This document shows, piece by piece, positions 39,205 through 49,952 of a stretch of DNA of 64,000 bases. The DNA is from an uncultured delta proteobacterium (GTDB taxonomy: Bacteria; Desulfobacterota; Binatia; Binatales; Binataceae), in assembly GCA_963765675.1 (NCBI GenBank), contig CAVXXK010000001.1, forward strand, positions 1,888,001-1,952,000, written 5' to 3'. Numbering within the stretch: position 1 is the first letter of the stretch; each line of letters starts with the position of its first letter. The notes below the pieces were generated by a model that was not told where the DNA came from, ran no database searches, and saw only the letters and a program-made list of their open reading frames with translations. A program made the position numbers and the translations under genes.

Positions 39205-41112
39205 TCATTCATAGAGGATCTGGGCGCGGAGGTCTCGGCGGACCGCATCGGCGAACGGCTTGAACTGGGTGGCGTCCTTAGGGGTGCACACCGGACCGGG
39301 AGTGCGATCCGAGAGCTCGCGCGCGACGGTTACGGTGTCGCCGTCCTGCTTGTATGTGGCGGTATAAGTCGAATCGGCCCCGCTCAAGTGAACATCCCTG
39401 GGCATCGCCATGATCTTCACTCCGGGCGGAAAGTGAATCGTGAATTCCTCTTTCGAGGTCTGGCCGCTACAGGCGAAATCCACTGTTCGGTCCGAGTCGG
39501 CGAATCCCTCCAGCGCCGTTGCGACGCTACCCCAGTCCGGAAAAGGTATTCGAATTGGTATTGCACCAGGTCCGGGCAGGTTCATCGCATCATTGAATTG
39601 GTATTTGATGGCGTAGTTATAAATATCCGCGAAATCCTTGTTCTTGCCTCTTAAGAAAGATCCGGTTCCCGTATAGCCACTGCGCGCGAGCGCGCGCTGG
39701 AGCAGGTCTTCTTCTGTATTTGGCTGGAGATAGCTCAGCGCGAATCTGGCTATTACGGCGCTGTAGCCCTCCGCGCGGATACTGGTTACCCCATTAGCGG
39801 AGCCATCGGGATGAATAGTCAAGACCGTGTTGAAGTCTTTTCCCTCATTCTTGAAGTCGAATGGCGGTGTGTGCTGAATCCCGTCGTAGTCCGCCGTATA
39901 GATGACGGGTTTGCCGGCTTCTTCGGGTGGCAGCAGTCCGAACGGAGTATATTTCGCCGTCGAATCCAAATACAGGTTTAGACTTGGTATGTATGTGATA
40001 ACGTGGTTGAACAACTCGGGGCAGGGCGCCTTCGGTAGCGTATAGGCGGATCTGGCATTGATCAGGGCGGGCGTGCTCGCGATTCCTTTCGCCGCCAGAA
40101 GCGATTGGAGAAGCGTCACATGGTCCTTACAGTCTCCCATCCTGTTGGTCATGATCAGATCGGCTTCGTGCGGCACCACGGCGCCAACTCCGACGTTGTT
40201 TCCCGCGTAGTCGATGTTCGCGGACACCCATTCGTAGAGTGCTTTGGCTTGCTCGCGAGGACTACTCAGTCCTTTGGTCAGTTCGTCCGCCAGTTTCTGC
40301 GTCTGCTCGGTTACTGCGGACTTCGACGCGGCCCTGGCATTGTAGGCCGCCGCGATAGCGCCGTAATCCTTGAAAGTAGTGGCGGCAATAAGTGGTCCAT
40401 AGTCGTAGGCCGAAACCGAGGCGGGTTCAGGCTTGGCGATTTGCTCGTTCTGATATTTCCAGAGCCAGTTGCGTCGTCCATCCTTTTCGGCAATCTCGCC
40501 GCCCTGCACTCCGCGAGTATATACTTGAAGTTGCAGCGACTTTGGCGCACTCAGGCTGATTTCGACCTTGTCGTACACTTCAAATTTGGAGAATGACTGC
40601 AACAGCGAGAAGTTGCCGGGATAGGTCGGTTCCCGCTGCGTCAATTTGTAAGAAACCACTATCGAGTCGCCCACCGCGACATCCGGAAACGCGACGGTTT
40701 TGGTCCGCAGGTCGGAGAACATCGGCGCCGCCGCGCCCCTGCCGGTATTGGTTTGGTCCTGAAAGTTGGACGCCGGGACGTTGATCCGCCGTCCATCTTT
40801 CTTGAGCGTATAGGCGTAGAGGAAATCGACTCTCTCGAGCCGATCGCTGAAGGTCACCGCGACTTGGTTCGCCTCCGAGATGCCCTGTTCGGTCAGCACC
40901 TTCATCGCCCAGCTCTGTTTTTCGACATGCGTCCCGTCGGGATTCACGTCATAGTGTGCGCGGTACCATTCATACTTCGTAAACCCTTGGAACGGTTCCG
41001 GTTTCGCTCCTGACTTGGCCGGCTCAGCCCGCGCCGCCGGCGCGATGAGAATCAACAGGCACAAGGCCACCAGGACCGCGAGATACGGCCGGTGGTCAGG
41101 ATTTTGCTTCAC
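39205..41112 (-). CDS. DUF3857 and transglutaminase-like domain protein
   Basis: Signal peptide, GDCKDH, FNHVI and LDST triad pattern. Start uncertain. Confidence 0.85.
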   Translation of the reverse strand: MKQNPDHRPYLAVLVALCLLILIAPAARAEPAKSGAKPEPFQGFTKYEWYRAHYDVNPDGTHVEKQSWAMKVLTEQGISEANQVAVTFSDRLERVDFLYAYTLKKDGRRINVPASNFQDQTNTGRGAAAPMFSDLRTKTVAFPDVAVGDSIVVSYKLTQREPTYPGNFSLLQSFSKFEVYDKVEISLSAPKSLQLQVYTRGVQGGEIAEKDGRRNWLWKYQNEQIAKPEPASVSAYDYGPLIAATTFKDYGAIAAAYNARAASKSAVTEQTQKLADELTKGLSSPREQAKALYEWVSANIDYAGNNVGVGAVVPHEADLIMTNRMGDCKDHVTLLQSLLAAKGIASTPALINARSAYTLPKAPCPELFNHVITYIPSLNLYLDSTAKYTPFGLLPPEEAGKPVIYTADYDGIQHTPPFDFKNEGKDFNTVLTIHPDGSANGVTSIRAEGYSAVIARFALSYLQPNTEEDLLQRALARSGYTGTGSFLRGKNKDFADIYNYAIKYQFNDAMNLPGPGAIPIRIPFPDWGSVATALEGFADSDRTVDFACSGQTSKEEFTIHFPPGVKIMAMPRDVHLSGADSTYTATYKQDGDTVTVARELSDRTPGPVCTPKDATQFKPFADAVRRDLRAQILYE

Positions 41113-41292
41113 CTTAAATGTCTCCAACGCCCAAAGCTCAGGATCAGATGCGAGACTGGCAGCGTAATCTATCGCTCGATGCAGCGCGAGCGCATGCACG
41201 GTTCTCTTCGCGCGGCGCATCTCTGCGAAGATAGCTCATGGACCGCTTCGAGCGTCGCGGCTAGCTTATTCGATCGGCACCGCTGCTTCACG

Positions 41293-42576
41293 ATGTACGA
41301 CCACGAAAGCCCGCCACAACGTTCTGAATCGTGGAATGCAGCGCACGCCCCCGCCCCGTCGAGGCGCAGCTTGCGCGGGCTCGACCTCGCGAATTTCTTT
41401 CAGGCCGACATCTCCACCGGCATCGGTCCGTACCTCGCAATCTATCTGATGGCGAGCCAGCATTGGGCGCTGGGACGAATTGGAATCGCGATGGGGGCGC
41501 AGGGCGTCGCGACCGTGCTTGCGCAGACTCCAACGGGTGCGCTGGTCGATGCGACCCGGCACAAGCGCGCGCTGATGGTGGCGGCCTCGGCGGCGATTGC
41601 ACTTGGATGCGTCGCGATCGCGGCGCATCCGTCATTCGGCGTCGTAATCACAGCGCAGGTCTGGATTGGCGTCGCAGCGGTCGCATTCGCGCCCGCGCTT
41701 GCGGCCGTGAGCCTGGGTCTCGTTGGGCACCATCGATTTCCTGCTCGCGCCGGGCGCAACGAATCCTTCAATCATGGCGGCAACGTCTTCGGTGCGGTGG
41801 TCGCGGGAGTAATGGGCAGGTTCATTTCCTACGCCGCGATCTTCTACACCTCCGCCGCTGTCAGTGTCGCGACTATCGCGTCCGTACTCTCAATTCGCGA
41901 GCGCGAGATCGATCATCGTGTCGCGCGCGCCGCACTGCCCGAGGACGGCGATGCGCACCTTTCAGGATGGCGCGAGCTGCTGGCCAATCGCAGCCTCGCG
42001 ATCTTCGCGATAGCGGTGATCCTGTTCCACTTCGCGAACGCGGCAATGCTCCCCCTGGTCGGCGAACTGCTCTCCTCTGCGAAGCATGCGAGTCCGGCGT
42101 TAGATATGTCGGCATGCATCGTGATCGCGCAGATCGTGATGATCCCGATGGCGGCGTTCGCGGGACGTTATTGCGCCATCTGGGGACGCAAACCAGTCCT
42201 CTTGCTTGCATTCGCGGTGCTGCCGCTGCGCGCGATCCTGTACACGCTCACGCGGGATTCTTACCTGCTGGTCGCGATTCAGGCGCTCGACGGAGTAGGC
42301 GCGGGCATCTTCGGCGTCGCCTGGATTATCGTGGTCGCGGATCTGGCGGAAGGCACCGGCCGCTTCAACCTGATAGCAGGCGCGATCTCGACCGGCGTCG
42401 CGATCGGCGCGTCGCTCAGCAACGTGATGACCGGTTTTGTCGTGCAGCACGCGGGGTTCAATACCGGTTTTCTGGTTCTGGGCGCGATCGCACTTGCGGC
42501 CTTCGCGGTGCTTGCCCTCGCGATGCCTGAAACGAGAGCAGGAGCTCCGACTAGTCGCCGAAGCCCAAATCCTTGA
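41293..42576 (+). CDS. MFS transporter
   Basis: About 12 TM segments with FHFANAAMLP and WGRKP motifs. Confidence 0.88.
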   Translation: MYDHESPPQRSESWNAAHAPAPSRRSLRGLDLANFFQADISTGIGPYLAIYLMASQHWALGRIGIAMGAQGVATVLAQTPTGALVDATRHKRALMVAASAAIALGCVAIAAHPSFGVVITAQVWIGVAAVAFAPALAAVSLGLVGHHRFPARAGRNESFNHGGNVFGAVVAGVMGRFISYAAIFYTSAAVSVATIASVLSIREREIDHRVARAALPEDGDAHLSGWRELLANRSLAIFAIAVILFHFANAAMLPLVGELLSSAKHASPALDMSACIVIAQIVMIPMAAFAGRYCAIWGRKPVLLLAFAVLPLRAILYTLTRDSYLLVAIQALDGVGAGIFGVAWIIVVADLAEGTGRFNLIAGAISTGVAIGASLSNVMTGFVVQHAGFNTGFLVLGAIALAAFAVLALAMPETRAGAPTSRRSPNP

Positions 42577-42838
42577 GAGCTTTGCGCGCATCTGCCGCGC
42601 GGTCGCGATGCACCATCAGGCGCGCGAGGATCGCGACGGTCGAACCGAGCATTCGCGAACCGTCGCCGTCGAACACCCAGCATTCAAATCCCGCCTCGGT
42701 CAGCAGATCATACGCCATCTGCACCTGCGTCGAATCAATAGCCGTGAAGACTTCCTCGAGTTCGTCAGGCGCAAATTGCTGCTGTTCGGCCATCGCGGGG
42801 TTCCTCTTTTCGCTTTCCGTAGAGCTTGAGTCACTCAC
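42551..42838 (-). CDS. DUF2007-type small protein
   Basis: LLTEAGFEC and RLMVHRDRAADAR pattern. Overlaps the dedA stop. Confidence 0.7.
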   Translation of the reverse strand: MSDSSSTESEKRNPAMAEQQQFAPDELEEVFTAIDSTQVQMAYDLLTEAGFECWVFDGDGSRMLGSTVAILARLMVHRDRAADARKALKDLGFGD

Positions 42839-43475
42839 CGGCAGCGTCGCTTTGTGGCGCGGCCATGATGCCTCTGACTCGATTGTAGATGATGGCGGCG
42901 ACGCCCGCGACGATTAAAAGCGCAATCACGCCGTCGAAGCGGTGAAACCACGGTGCGAGGTCGTCCCAATGCTGCCCGAGCTTCATCCCCGCGTACGCCA
43001 GGATCAGGCACCACAGATACGATCCCGCAAGCGTATAAATCGTAAACGGCAACAGGCGCATGCGCGCGACTCCAGCCGGAAATGCGATAAAGGTGCGGAC
43101 CACCGGCAACAACCGGCTGACGAAAACGGCGGGCGAGCCCCAGCGCGCAAAAAACCGGTCGGCCATTTCGATTTCGTGCGGCGCGATCAGCACGAAGCGT
43201 CCGTACTTGAGCAGAAACCATCGCCCGCCGCTGGCGCCGATGTAGTACGCGACGTATGAGCCGAGCAGACATCCGAATGCACCCGCGATCGCAACCGGCT
43301 GCAGGCCGAAGCGCCCGGTGTGCACCAGGTAGCCGGAAAACGGCATGATCACTTCCGACGGTAACGGGATGCATGAGCTTTCGATCGCCATCATCAGGAG
43401 CACGCCGCCATAACCGAGCGACGAAATCGTCGCGATAATAAACCCCGATACGCCGGCGAGCAGCTTGTCGATCAT
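42831..43475 (-). CDS. DedA-family membrane protein
   Basis: IESSCIPLPSE and RLLPVVRTFI..PAG motifs. Confidence 0.93.
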   Translation of the reverse strand: MIDKLLAGVSGFIIATISSLGYGGVLLMMAIESSCIPLPSEVIMPFSGYLVHTGRFGLQPVAIAGAFGCLLGSYVAYYIGASGGRWFLLKYGRFVLIAPHEIEMADRFFARWGSPAVFVSRLLPVVRTFIAFPAGVARMRLLPFTIYTLAGSYLWCLILAYAGMKLGQHWDDLAPWFHRFDGVIALLIVAGVAAIIYNRVRGIMAAPQSDAAGE

Positions 43476-43565
43476 CTGGTCAGATTTCCTGTGGCGCGCC
43501 TTCGGTCTTTTGGTCTCGCGCTGTCCCGGAACAGGTCCGCGTTCGAGGGTGCCATTTCGATTGTG

Positions 43566-43580
43566 GCAAAGCGAGTGCCC
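43566..43580 (-). promoter_or_regulatory. Possible sigma54 (-24/-12) promoter upstream of the DedA gene
   Basis: Minus strand reads GGGCACTCGCTTTGC (GG-N10-GC), about 90 bp upstream of the ATG. Confidence 0.35.
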
Positions 43581-43692
43581 GGCGGTTGCCCGGCGTCGCG
43601 AATTTGTCGTAAACTCCCGTTATCGACTACTGCATATATGTTGAACGAGAAACGCCGTACAGTGATTTAGATAACCCAAAGAGGATGACGCC

Positions 43693-45024
43693 ATGGCCAA
43701 GGAAACGCTCAGCATCACCGACAATCGCACCGGCAAGCGCTACGACATCCCGATCGAAGAGGGCGGCGTCATTCGTGCCGCGGCGCTGAGGCAAATCAAA
43801 ACCTCGCCCGACGATTTCGGCCTAATGTCCTACGATCCGGCGTTCATGAACACGGCATCGTGCCGCAGCCGGATAACCTTTATCGACGGCGACAAGGGAA
43901 TCCTGCGCTACCGCGGTTATCCGATCGAAGAGCTGGCGGAGAAGAGCAACTACCTCGAGACCGCGTATCTGATCGTCAAGGGCGAGTTGCCCGACCGCGA
44001 GCACTACCTGCGCTGGGAGCACAACATCAAGATCCACACGATGGTCCATGAGAGCATCAAGACTTTCATGGAGGGCTACCGCTACGACGCGCATCCGATG
44101 GGGATGCTGGTGGGGACCGTCGGCGCGCTCTCGACGTTCTATCCCGACGCCAAAAATATCCACGACCTCGAATCACGCCGGCTCCAGACTCGCCGCCTGA
44201 TCGGCAAAATTCCCACGCTTGCCGCATTCGCCTACCGCCACACACGCGGACTGCCCTACGTCTATCCGGACAACGATTTAAGCTACACCGGAAATTTCCT
44301 CTCGATGCTCTTCAAGATGACCGAGCTCAAGTACAAACCCAATCCGGTGCTCGAGCGCGCGCTCGACGTGCTGTTCATCCTGCACGCCGACCACGAGCAG
44401 AATTGCTCGGCCAACGCGATGCGCGCGGTCGGCAGCTCGCAGCCCGATCCTTACGCTGCTGCAGCGGCGGCGGTCGCCGCGCTATACGGTCCACTGCATG
44501 GAGGCGCCAACGAGGCCGCGATTCGGGGTCTGATGGAGATCGGCTCGGTCAAGAATATCCCGTCATTTATCAAGGCGGTGAAGAACAAGGAGCGCCGCCT
44601 GATGGGCTTCGGGCATCGCGTGTACAAGAACTACGACCCACGCGCGAAGATTCTGAAGGCGATGGCCGAGCAGGTGTTCGAGGTCACCGGCCGCAATCCG
44701 CTGATCGACATCGCGGTCGAGCTGGAACGAATCGCGCTGCAGGACGACTATTTTATCGAGCACAAGCTCTATCCCAACGTCGATTTCTATTCTGGTATCA
44801 TCTACCAGGCGATGGGCTTCCAGATGGAGATGTTCCCGGTGTTGTTCGCGATTCCCCGCACTTCGGGATGGATGGCGCAGTGGGCCGAGATGGTCCGCGA
44901 CCCCGAACAGGCGATAGCCAGGCCGCGCCAGATATACATCGGCGAGCAGACGAGGCATTACACCCCGATCGACTCGCGCCCCAAGCCTACGATGCGCGAG
45001 GACGCGGTCAGCGAGGCTATCTAG
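43693..45024 (+). CDS. gltA: Citrate synthase
   Basis: LHADHEQN, GPLHGGAN, GFGHRVY and PNVDFY motifs. Confidence 0.97.
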   Translation: MAKETLSITDNRTGKRYDIPIEEGGVIRAAALRQIKTSPDDFGLMSYDPAFMNTASCRSRITFIDGDKGILRYRGYPIEELAEKSNYLETAYLIVKGELPDREHYLRWEHNIKIHTMVHESIKTFMEGYRYDAHPMGMLVGTVGALSTFYPDAKNIHDLESRRLQTRRLIGKIPTLAAFAYRHTRGLPYVYPDNDLSYTGNFLSMLFKMTELKYKPNPVLERALDVLFILHADHEQNCSANAMRAVGSSQPDPYAAAAAAVAALYGPLHGGANEAAIRGLMEIGSVKNIPSFIKAVKNKERRLMGFGHRVYKNYDPRAKILKAMAEQVFEVTGRNPLIDIAVELERIALQDDYFIEHKLYPNVDFYSGIIYQAMGFQMEMFPVLFAIPRTSGWMAQWAEMVRDPEQAIARPRQIYIGEQTRHYTPIDSRPKPTMREDAVSEAI

Positions 45025-45190
45025 CCAGGCCCGGGGGAGGCACGCGACTGAGGGCTTTGCACCCATACGCATCCACAGTGAATACTTGACAGATTAGGGG
45101 TGGCATGAAGTGGCTCTGCTTGCTAAAAAAGAGTAGGCATGTATTAGGTAGAGTGGGGCGTGAGACCTGATCACGGTGGGAAGCATTTTT

Positions 45191-46306
45191 ATGGAAAGGC
45201 AAAGCCAGACCCGGATTCGTTATTTGAACATCGACGAGATGTTCCTCCGGATCGATAAACTCCGTTCCGAGCGCGAGCGATTGGAAGCGCGAGCTGCCCA
45301 AATCCCTGATTATGTTGCACAATTTGAGCGCTGGGCCCTTGCAGAGTCGACGGCTGCTCCCTGGATGCAACCGGCTCAGACGGCAGAACTCGCGCGGATA
45401 TCAGCCAGCACAGAGCGCTTCGCTGACCCGGCTTACGTCTGGATGGGCGATGATATGGCCGTGCATCTGGAAGCCGCTGATCCATCCGAACTTGACATTG
45501 ACACCGACGAGGACTTTGACGGCGACAGCGTCAGGAAAGAGCCGTGGCGCGACGCGCCGACGGGCTTCCTCGCCAAGTGGGGACTCGAGCGTTATGCTTT
45601 GGGCGCCACTGCGGTCGGAATCATCGCGCTGCTCATCGCTGGAACCGCCTTCCGCACCGGACCCAGCGATACGTTGAACAGTCTCGCGATGGCGAATCTG
45701 TCGGCAGGCCGCGATCCATACAACGAGGTCGCCATCGACGAAAACGTTACTGCGATGCCTTCGGGACAGGTCGAGGTCGCGGCAATTTCGCCTCCGCGTC
45801 AGGCGCCTACTCCTGATGAGGTGGACGAGCGGGTCCATCAGGCGCTCTCGGATCAGGGTTTCTGGGATATCGGCGTATCTGCGGGCAGTCGCGGCGATAT
45901 CTATCTGGCGGGCGACGTTTACAGTATGGACGAAGCCAAGTACGTGATGGCGGTTGCGCGTCATGCGACCCATGCGGCCAGCGTGTTCTTCCTCCATCCG
46001 GATGTGCTTCCGGCACAAGGCCCAGCCTATTTCGGTGCCGCAGCGGACTATGCTCCTGCCGTCTGGGGAGCAAAGATTTCTTACGTGGCGATCGGTTCGC
46101 CGGCGTACATGGCTGGCGTGCGCGCGGGCGACGTGATCCGTGGGTTCGATGGCAAGATGGTCGCCGATGCGGATGATCTGCAAAAGGCGGTTTCCGCGCA
46201 TCAGCCCGGTCAGAGAATCCAGATTAGGGTCTGGCGCGACAACGCGAATCAATTCCTGGTCGCGCGGCTGACTACGAAGCCCCGAACCGAAGTCGCGATG
46301 CGCTAG
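45191..46306 (+). CDS. Membrane protein with C-terminal PDZ domain (possible BON-like middle domain)
   Basis: N-terminal coiled coil, one TM helix and SPAYMAGVRAGDVI PDZ motif. Confidence 0.75.
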   Translation: MERQSQTRIRYLNIDEMFLRIDKLRSERERLEARAAQIPDYVAQFERWALAESTAAPWMQPAQTAELARISASTERFADPAYVWMGDDMAVHLEAADPSELDIDTDEDFDGDSVRKEPWRDAPTGFLAKWGLERYALGATAVGIIALLIAGTAFRTGPSDTLNSLAMANLSAGRDPYNEVAIDENVTAMPSGQVEVAAISPPRQAPTPDEVDERVHQALSDQGFWDIGVSAGSRGDIYLAGDVYSMDEAKYVMAVARHATHAASVFFLHPDVLPAQGPAYFGAAADYAPAVWGAKISYVAIGSPAYMAGVRAGDVIRGFDGKMVADADDLQKAVSAHQPGQRIQIRVWRDNANQFLVARLTTKPRTEVAMR

Positions 46307-46333
46307 TCTTTACGCGAAATTAAGGCGCTTTTA

Positions 46334-46376
46334 AGAAGCCGCGCTGATGCTTCCGCATGAGCGCGGCTTCTCTTTT
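46334..46376. terminator. Hairpin terminator between convergent genes
   Basis: AGAAGCCGCGCT...AGCGCGGCTTCT followed by CTTTT. Confidence 0.7.
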
Positions 46377-46398
46377 GCCGCCGCGACGGCTACCGTTT

Positions 46399-47223
46399 CT
46401 ACGCGCGCTCTTTGAAGTGAGGTTTGCGCTTCTCGACGAAAGCGCGCGCTCCCTCTTCGATATAGCCTGCGCGCACGCACAGCACCTGGTTGCGGTCTTC
46501 CATCGCGATCGCCTGCTCCAGGCTGCCCGCATCGACGCTCGCCCACAGGCATTCTTTGGTCATCCGCAGTCCCAGCGGCGAGGTCTCCGTCATCTCGAGT
46601 GCGAGCTTTGCGGCGGCCGCGTCAACCTCCGCGTCGGGATGCAGCTCCGAAACCAGCCCCGTCGCCAAAGCGCGTTGCGCGTTGATAAACCGCCCCGTCA
46701 GCATCAGCTCGGCGGCGACTGCGGTCCCGACGGCGCGCGGCAGATGATAGCTGACGCCCATGTCGCATGCGCTAAGGCCGATTCGGATGAATGCCGCGTT
46801 GAAGCGCGCCGATTCGCCGGCAATTCGCGCGTCGCATGCCAGCGCTAACGCGAAGCCGCCGCCGGCCGCGGGTCCTCGCACCGCCGCGATGAACGGCTGC
46901 GGCGCCCGGCGCATCGAGACCACCAAATCGCTCATGCGCCGCTGCGATTCAACCGTGTCGGTGGTCGAGGAGCCAAGCCCGGTCCCGCCGCGGTTCTGCT
47001 CCTTCAAATCCAGCCCGGCGCAGAAGGCGCGCCCGGCCCCGCGCATCACCACCACGCGGGTCTGTTTGTCGCCGGGGAGCCGTCGCAGGAAGTCCTCGAG
47101 CTCGGTCACCATCTGGCCGCTTAACGCGTTCAGATTGTGCGGACGATTGAAGGTCAGCCAGCAGACCGCCCCGTCATTTCTGGTCTCTATCGCTTCATAA
47201 GCCATCTGTTTGTTCTCCAGCAT
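46399..47223 (-). CDS. Enoyl-CoA hydratase/isomerase
   Basis: NRP..LNAL, AFCAGLDL and AAGGG..LALACD motifs. Confidence 0.93.
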   Translation of the reverse strand: MLENKQMAYEAIETRNDGAVCWLTFNRPHNLNALSGQMVTELEDFLRRLPGDKQTRVVVMRGAGRAFCAGLDLKEQNRGGTGLGSSTTDTVESQRRMSDLVVSMRRAPQPFIAAVRGPAAGGGFALALACDARIAGESARFNAAFIRIGLSACDMGVSYHLPRAVGTAVAAELMLTGRFINAQRALATGLVSELHPDAEVDAAAAKLALEMTETSPLGLRMTKECLWASVDAGSLEQAIAMEDRNQVLCVRAGYIEEGARAFVEKRKPHFKERA

Positions 47224-47445
47224 GGATTTTTATTGCTGCGCGCTTCGGCGTTTGTCCTGATGTTCTCTGGCGTCGCATCGCTGTTGCGGCCCGTTTGTGC
47301 GCTATGTTCCCTCAGCGCGGTGTTTTATGCCCCTTATTGTCCCTTGACATAACTGTGACCCAACCGGAATCTTTGCCTCATCCTCGATTCGCGGCGGCGC
47401 TTGCGCAATCTCGCTCGCGAGGTCAGCACGAGGTAAGGAGACGCG

Positions 47446-47691
47446 ATGGCTGGAGACAGTGACATATTGACAATCGCCGAGTTGTCGCGGCATTTGCGGG
47501 TTCATCCCACCACCATTTATCGACTGCTTCGGCAGGGACGGATTCCCGGATTTCGGGTTGGCAGCGCGTGGCGATTCAACAAGTCTGCCATCGAAAAATG
47601 GGAACACACGCAGGGACCCATAACCGACTTCGACATTCCTCAGCGTGGACGTCGCTCGCGCACCGCAAAAGTCGCGCGTGGCAGAAAGTAG
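47446..47691 (+). CDS. Excisionase-like (HTH_17) DNA-binding protein
   Basis: ILTIAELS..LRVH.TTIYRL...G.IPGFRVG..WRF. Confidence 0.85.
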   Translation: MAGDSDILTIAELSRHLRVHPTTIYRLLRQGRIPGFRVGSAWRFNKSAIEKWEHTQGPITDFDIPQRGRRSRTAKVARGRK

Positions 47692-47940
47692 AGCGCAGAG
47701 CCGATGCGCTCTGCAAGCGCGGATTTCCGCGCCGCAGAGTGCTGCCTGGATCATCTTTCACTCATTTCTGTAATCAAAACCTCGGACGTGATTCCGCTCG
47801 AGCAAGATCCGCGCTTTCTCGGCTCGAGCCGCGCTCGTTGAAGAAGGCGTGATCGCCTCGCTCGCAGTGCCGTTTGACAACCGCGCGGCTAACCTAATAG
47901 CTAACTTTCAAACGAAGCTTGAGTGGAGTGACACGCGGCG

Positions 47941-48757
47941 ATGCCGACCAAGTACACCGACGTTAAGGGCCACGCGACTTACTATTTCTATCACGGCGCA
48001 ACTTGCCTGCCCGATGTGGTACCGGACCTGAGCCGCGGACGTGCGATTATTTTGATCCACGGCGCGGGCTCGAACGCGCATTCGTGGCATCGCCAGGTTG
48101 ACGCGCTCGGCAAAAACCACAGCCCGGTCGCGCTCGATCTGCCCGGCCACGGCCGCTCCGCCGGAGTCGAGGGTCTGGCGACGGTGCAGGACTACGCCGA
48201 TTTCGTCGCCGCGTTCATGGACGCGCTGAAATTGCGCTCGGCCGTAATCATGGGACATTCGATGGGCGGCGCGGTCGCGATGGAGATGGCGCTGCGGCAT
48301 CCCGCGCGCGTGCAGGCGCTGGTCCTGGTCGCCACGGCGGCAAAGTTCAATCTGCCGCCTGCGTTGGTCGAGGGATTGCGCGCGGTGATGATGGGGCGCG
48401 CGCCGCAGAGCTTTACCACCGACGGCTACTCGCCCAAAACGATCAAGGAAAACTTCGACGTGATTCGCGAAGGCTGGATGGAGCAGATCCGAACCGACCC
48501 GCGCGTGCGCTACACCGACGTCGCCGCGTGCATGAAGGTCGATCTGCAGCGGCGCGATCGCGAAGATCGACAAGCCAACGCTGATCGTCGCCGGCGCCGA
48601 TGATCTCGGGACTCCGCCCGCCGATGCAGAAATTATCCGCAGCAAAATCCGCGGCGCGAAGCTGGTAACGATTCCCGAAGCGGGCCACGTGATCGTCCAT
48701 GAGCGCCCCGCCGAACTGCAGGCCGCCGTCGACTCCTTTTTCGCCGAGCTGAAGTAA
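47941..48757 (+). pseudogene. Alpha/beta hydrolase with apparent +1 frameshift at about 48547
   Basis: HGAG and GHSMGG motifs. Removing one base restores PTLIVAGADD...IPEAGH to TAA at 48757. May be a sequencing error. Confidence 0.85.
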
Positions 48758-48782
48758 CGCGCGCTCAAGTAAGGACCTCGCC

Positions 48783-49943
48783 ATGAGTCTTTCCCGAAAA
48801 ACTGCAGTCGCCGGAGTGTTCGAGCATCCGACCCGCTTCGCTCCGGACAAGTCGATGTTCCAAATCATGGCCGAGAGCGTGCGCGGCGCGCTCGACGACG
48901 CCGGGCTCACGATCAAAGACGTTGATGGCCTCGCGACCACCGGCATGGGCATGGGCGGGATGGGGATAATCGGCTTCTGCGATTACCTGAATCTGACGCC
49001 CAACTACGTTGATTCGACCGCGATTGGAGGGTCGTCGTTCGTCGCGCATACCGCGCACGCCGCCGCCGCGATCGCCGCCGGGCTGTGCGAGGTATGCGTG
49101 GTCGTGTACGGCTCGACAGCGGCGTCGTCGCGATTCGCGATCGGAACCGGAGGCGCGGGAGGCTCGGGCGATCCGCCCGATCAGTACGACGCTCCCTTCG
49201 GCGTCACAACGGTCGGCGCATACGCGATGATCGCGCAGCGCCACATGCATGACTACGGCACCACCTCGGAGCAGCTCGCGGAGATCGCGGTCACGATGCG
49301 GCTGCATGCGTCGATGAATCCGGTGGCGAAATATCGCGACCCGATCACGGTCGAGGATGTGCTCGCCTCGCGCGTTATCTCGTCGCCGCTGCATCTGCTC
49401 GATTGCTGCATCATCTCCGACGGCGGCGGTGCTCTCGTTATCACCTCGGCCGAGCGCGCGAAGAGCCTCAAGAAGAAGCCGGTCTATATTCTCGGCGTCG
49501 GCGAGGCGGTGCGTCACGCGGCGCGCGGACAGCGCGACTACCTTGATATCGCGGCGGCGCAATCGGGCAAGCTCGCGTTCGAGCGCGCGGGCGTATCGCA
49601 CAAAGATATCGACATGGCGATGATCTACGACTCGTTCACGATCACCGTGCTCTCGACGCTCGAGAACCTGGGCTTCTGCAAGCGCGGCGAGGGCGGCGCG
49701 TTCGTGAGCGGCGGCAGACTGCGCTATGACGGCGCGTTTCCGATCAACACCGACGGCGGCGGCCTGTCATCGAATCATCCGGGGATGCGCGGAATCTTCC
49801 TCGTGATCGAGGCGGCCAAACAACTACGCGGCGAATGCGGTCCGCGCCAGGTGAAAAATTGCAAAACCGCGCTGGTGCACGGCACCGGCGGAGCACTCGG
49901 CACGCGCCACTCGGGCGCAACGCTGATCCTCTCGAATCAATAG
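48783..49943 (+). CDS. SCP2/Ltp2-type thiolase-like protein
   Basis: DCC..SDGG, YDSFT and NTDGG.LS motifs. GGSS replaces the catalytic Cys. Confidence 0.9.
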   Translation: MSLSRKTAVAGVFEHPTRFAPDKSMFQIMAESVRGALDDAGLTIKDVDGLATTGMGMGGMGIIGFCDYLNLTPNYVDSTAIGGSSFVAHTAHAAAAIAAGLCEVCVVVYGSTAASSRFAIGTGGAGGSGDPPDQYDAPFGVTTVGAYAMIAQRHMHDYGTTSEQLAEIAVTMRLHASMNPVAKYRDPITVEDVLASRVISSPLHLLDCCIISDGGGALVITSAERAKSLKKKPVYILGVGEAVRHAARGQRDYLDIAAAQSGKLAFERAGVSHKDIDMAMIYDSFTITVLSTLENLGFCKRGEGGAFVSGGRLRYDGAFPINTDGGGLSSNHPGMRGIFLVIEAAKQLRGECGPRQVKNCKTALVHGTGGALGTRHSGATLILSNQ

Positions 49944-49952
49944 GTTACCGCC

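Noticed and set aside
47446-47691. Excisionase as evidence of a prophage or ICE
   Set aside because: No integrase, att site or phage genes nearby. Stand-alone HTH_17 regulators are common.
48540-48560. Programmed frameshifting in the hydrolase, CoA-transferase or vapB
   Set aside because: No slippery heptamers, and several unrelated genes are affected in the same way, so sequence error is more parsimonious
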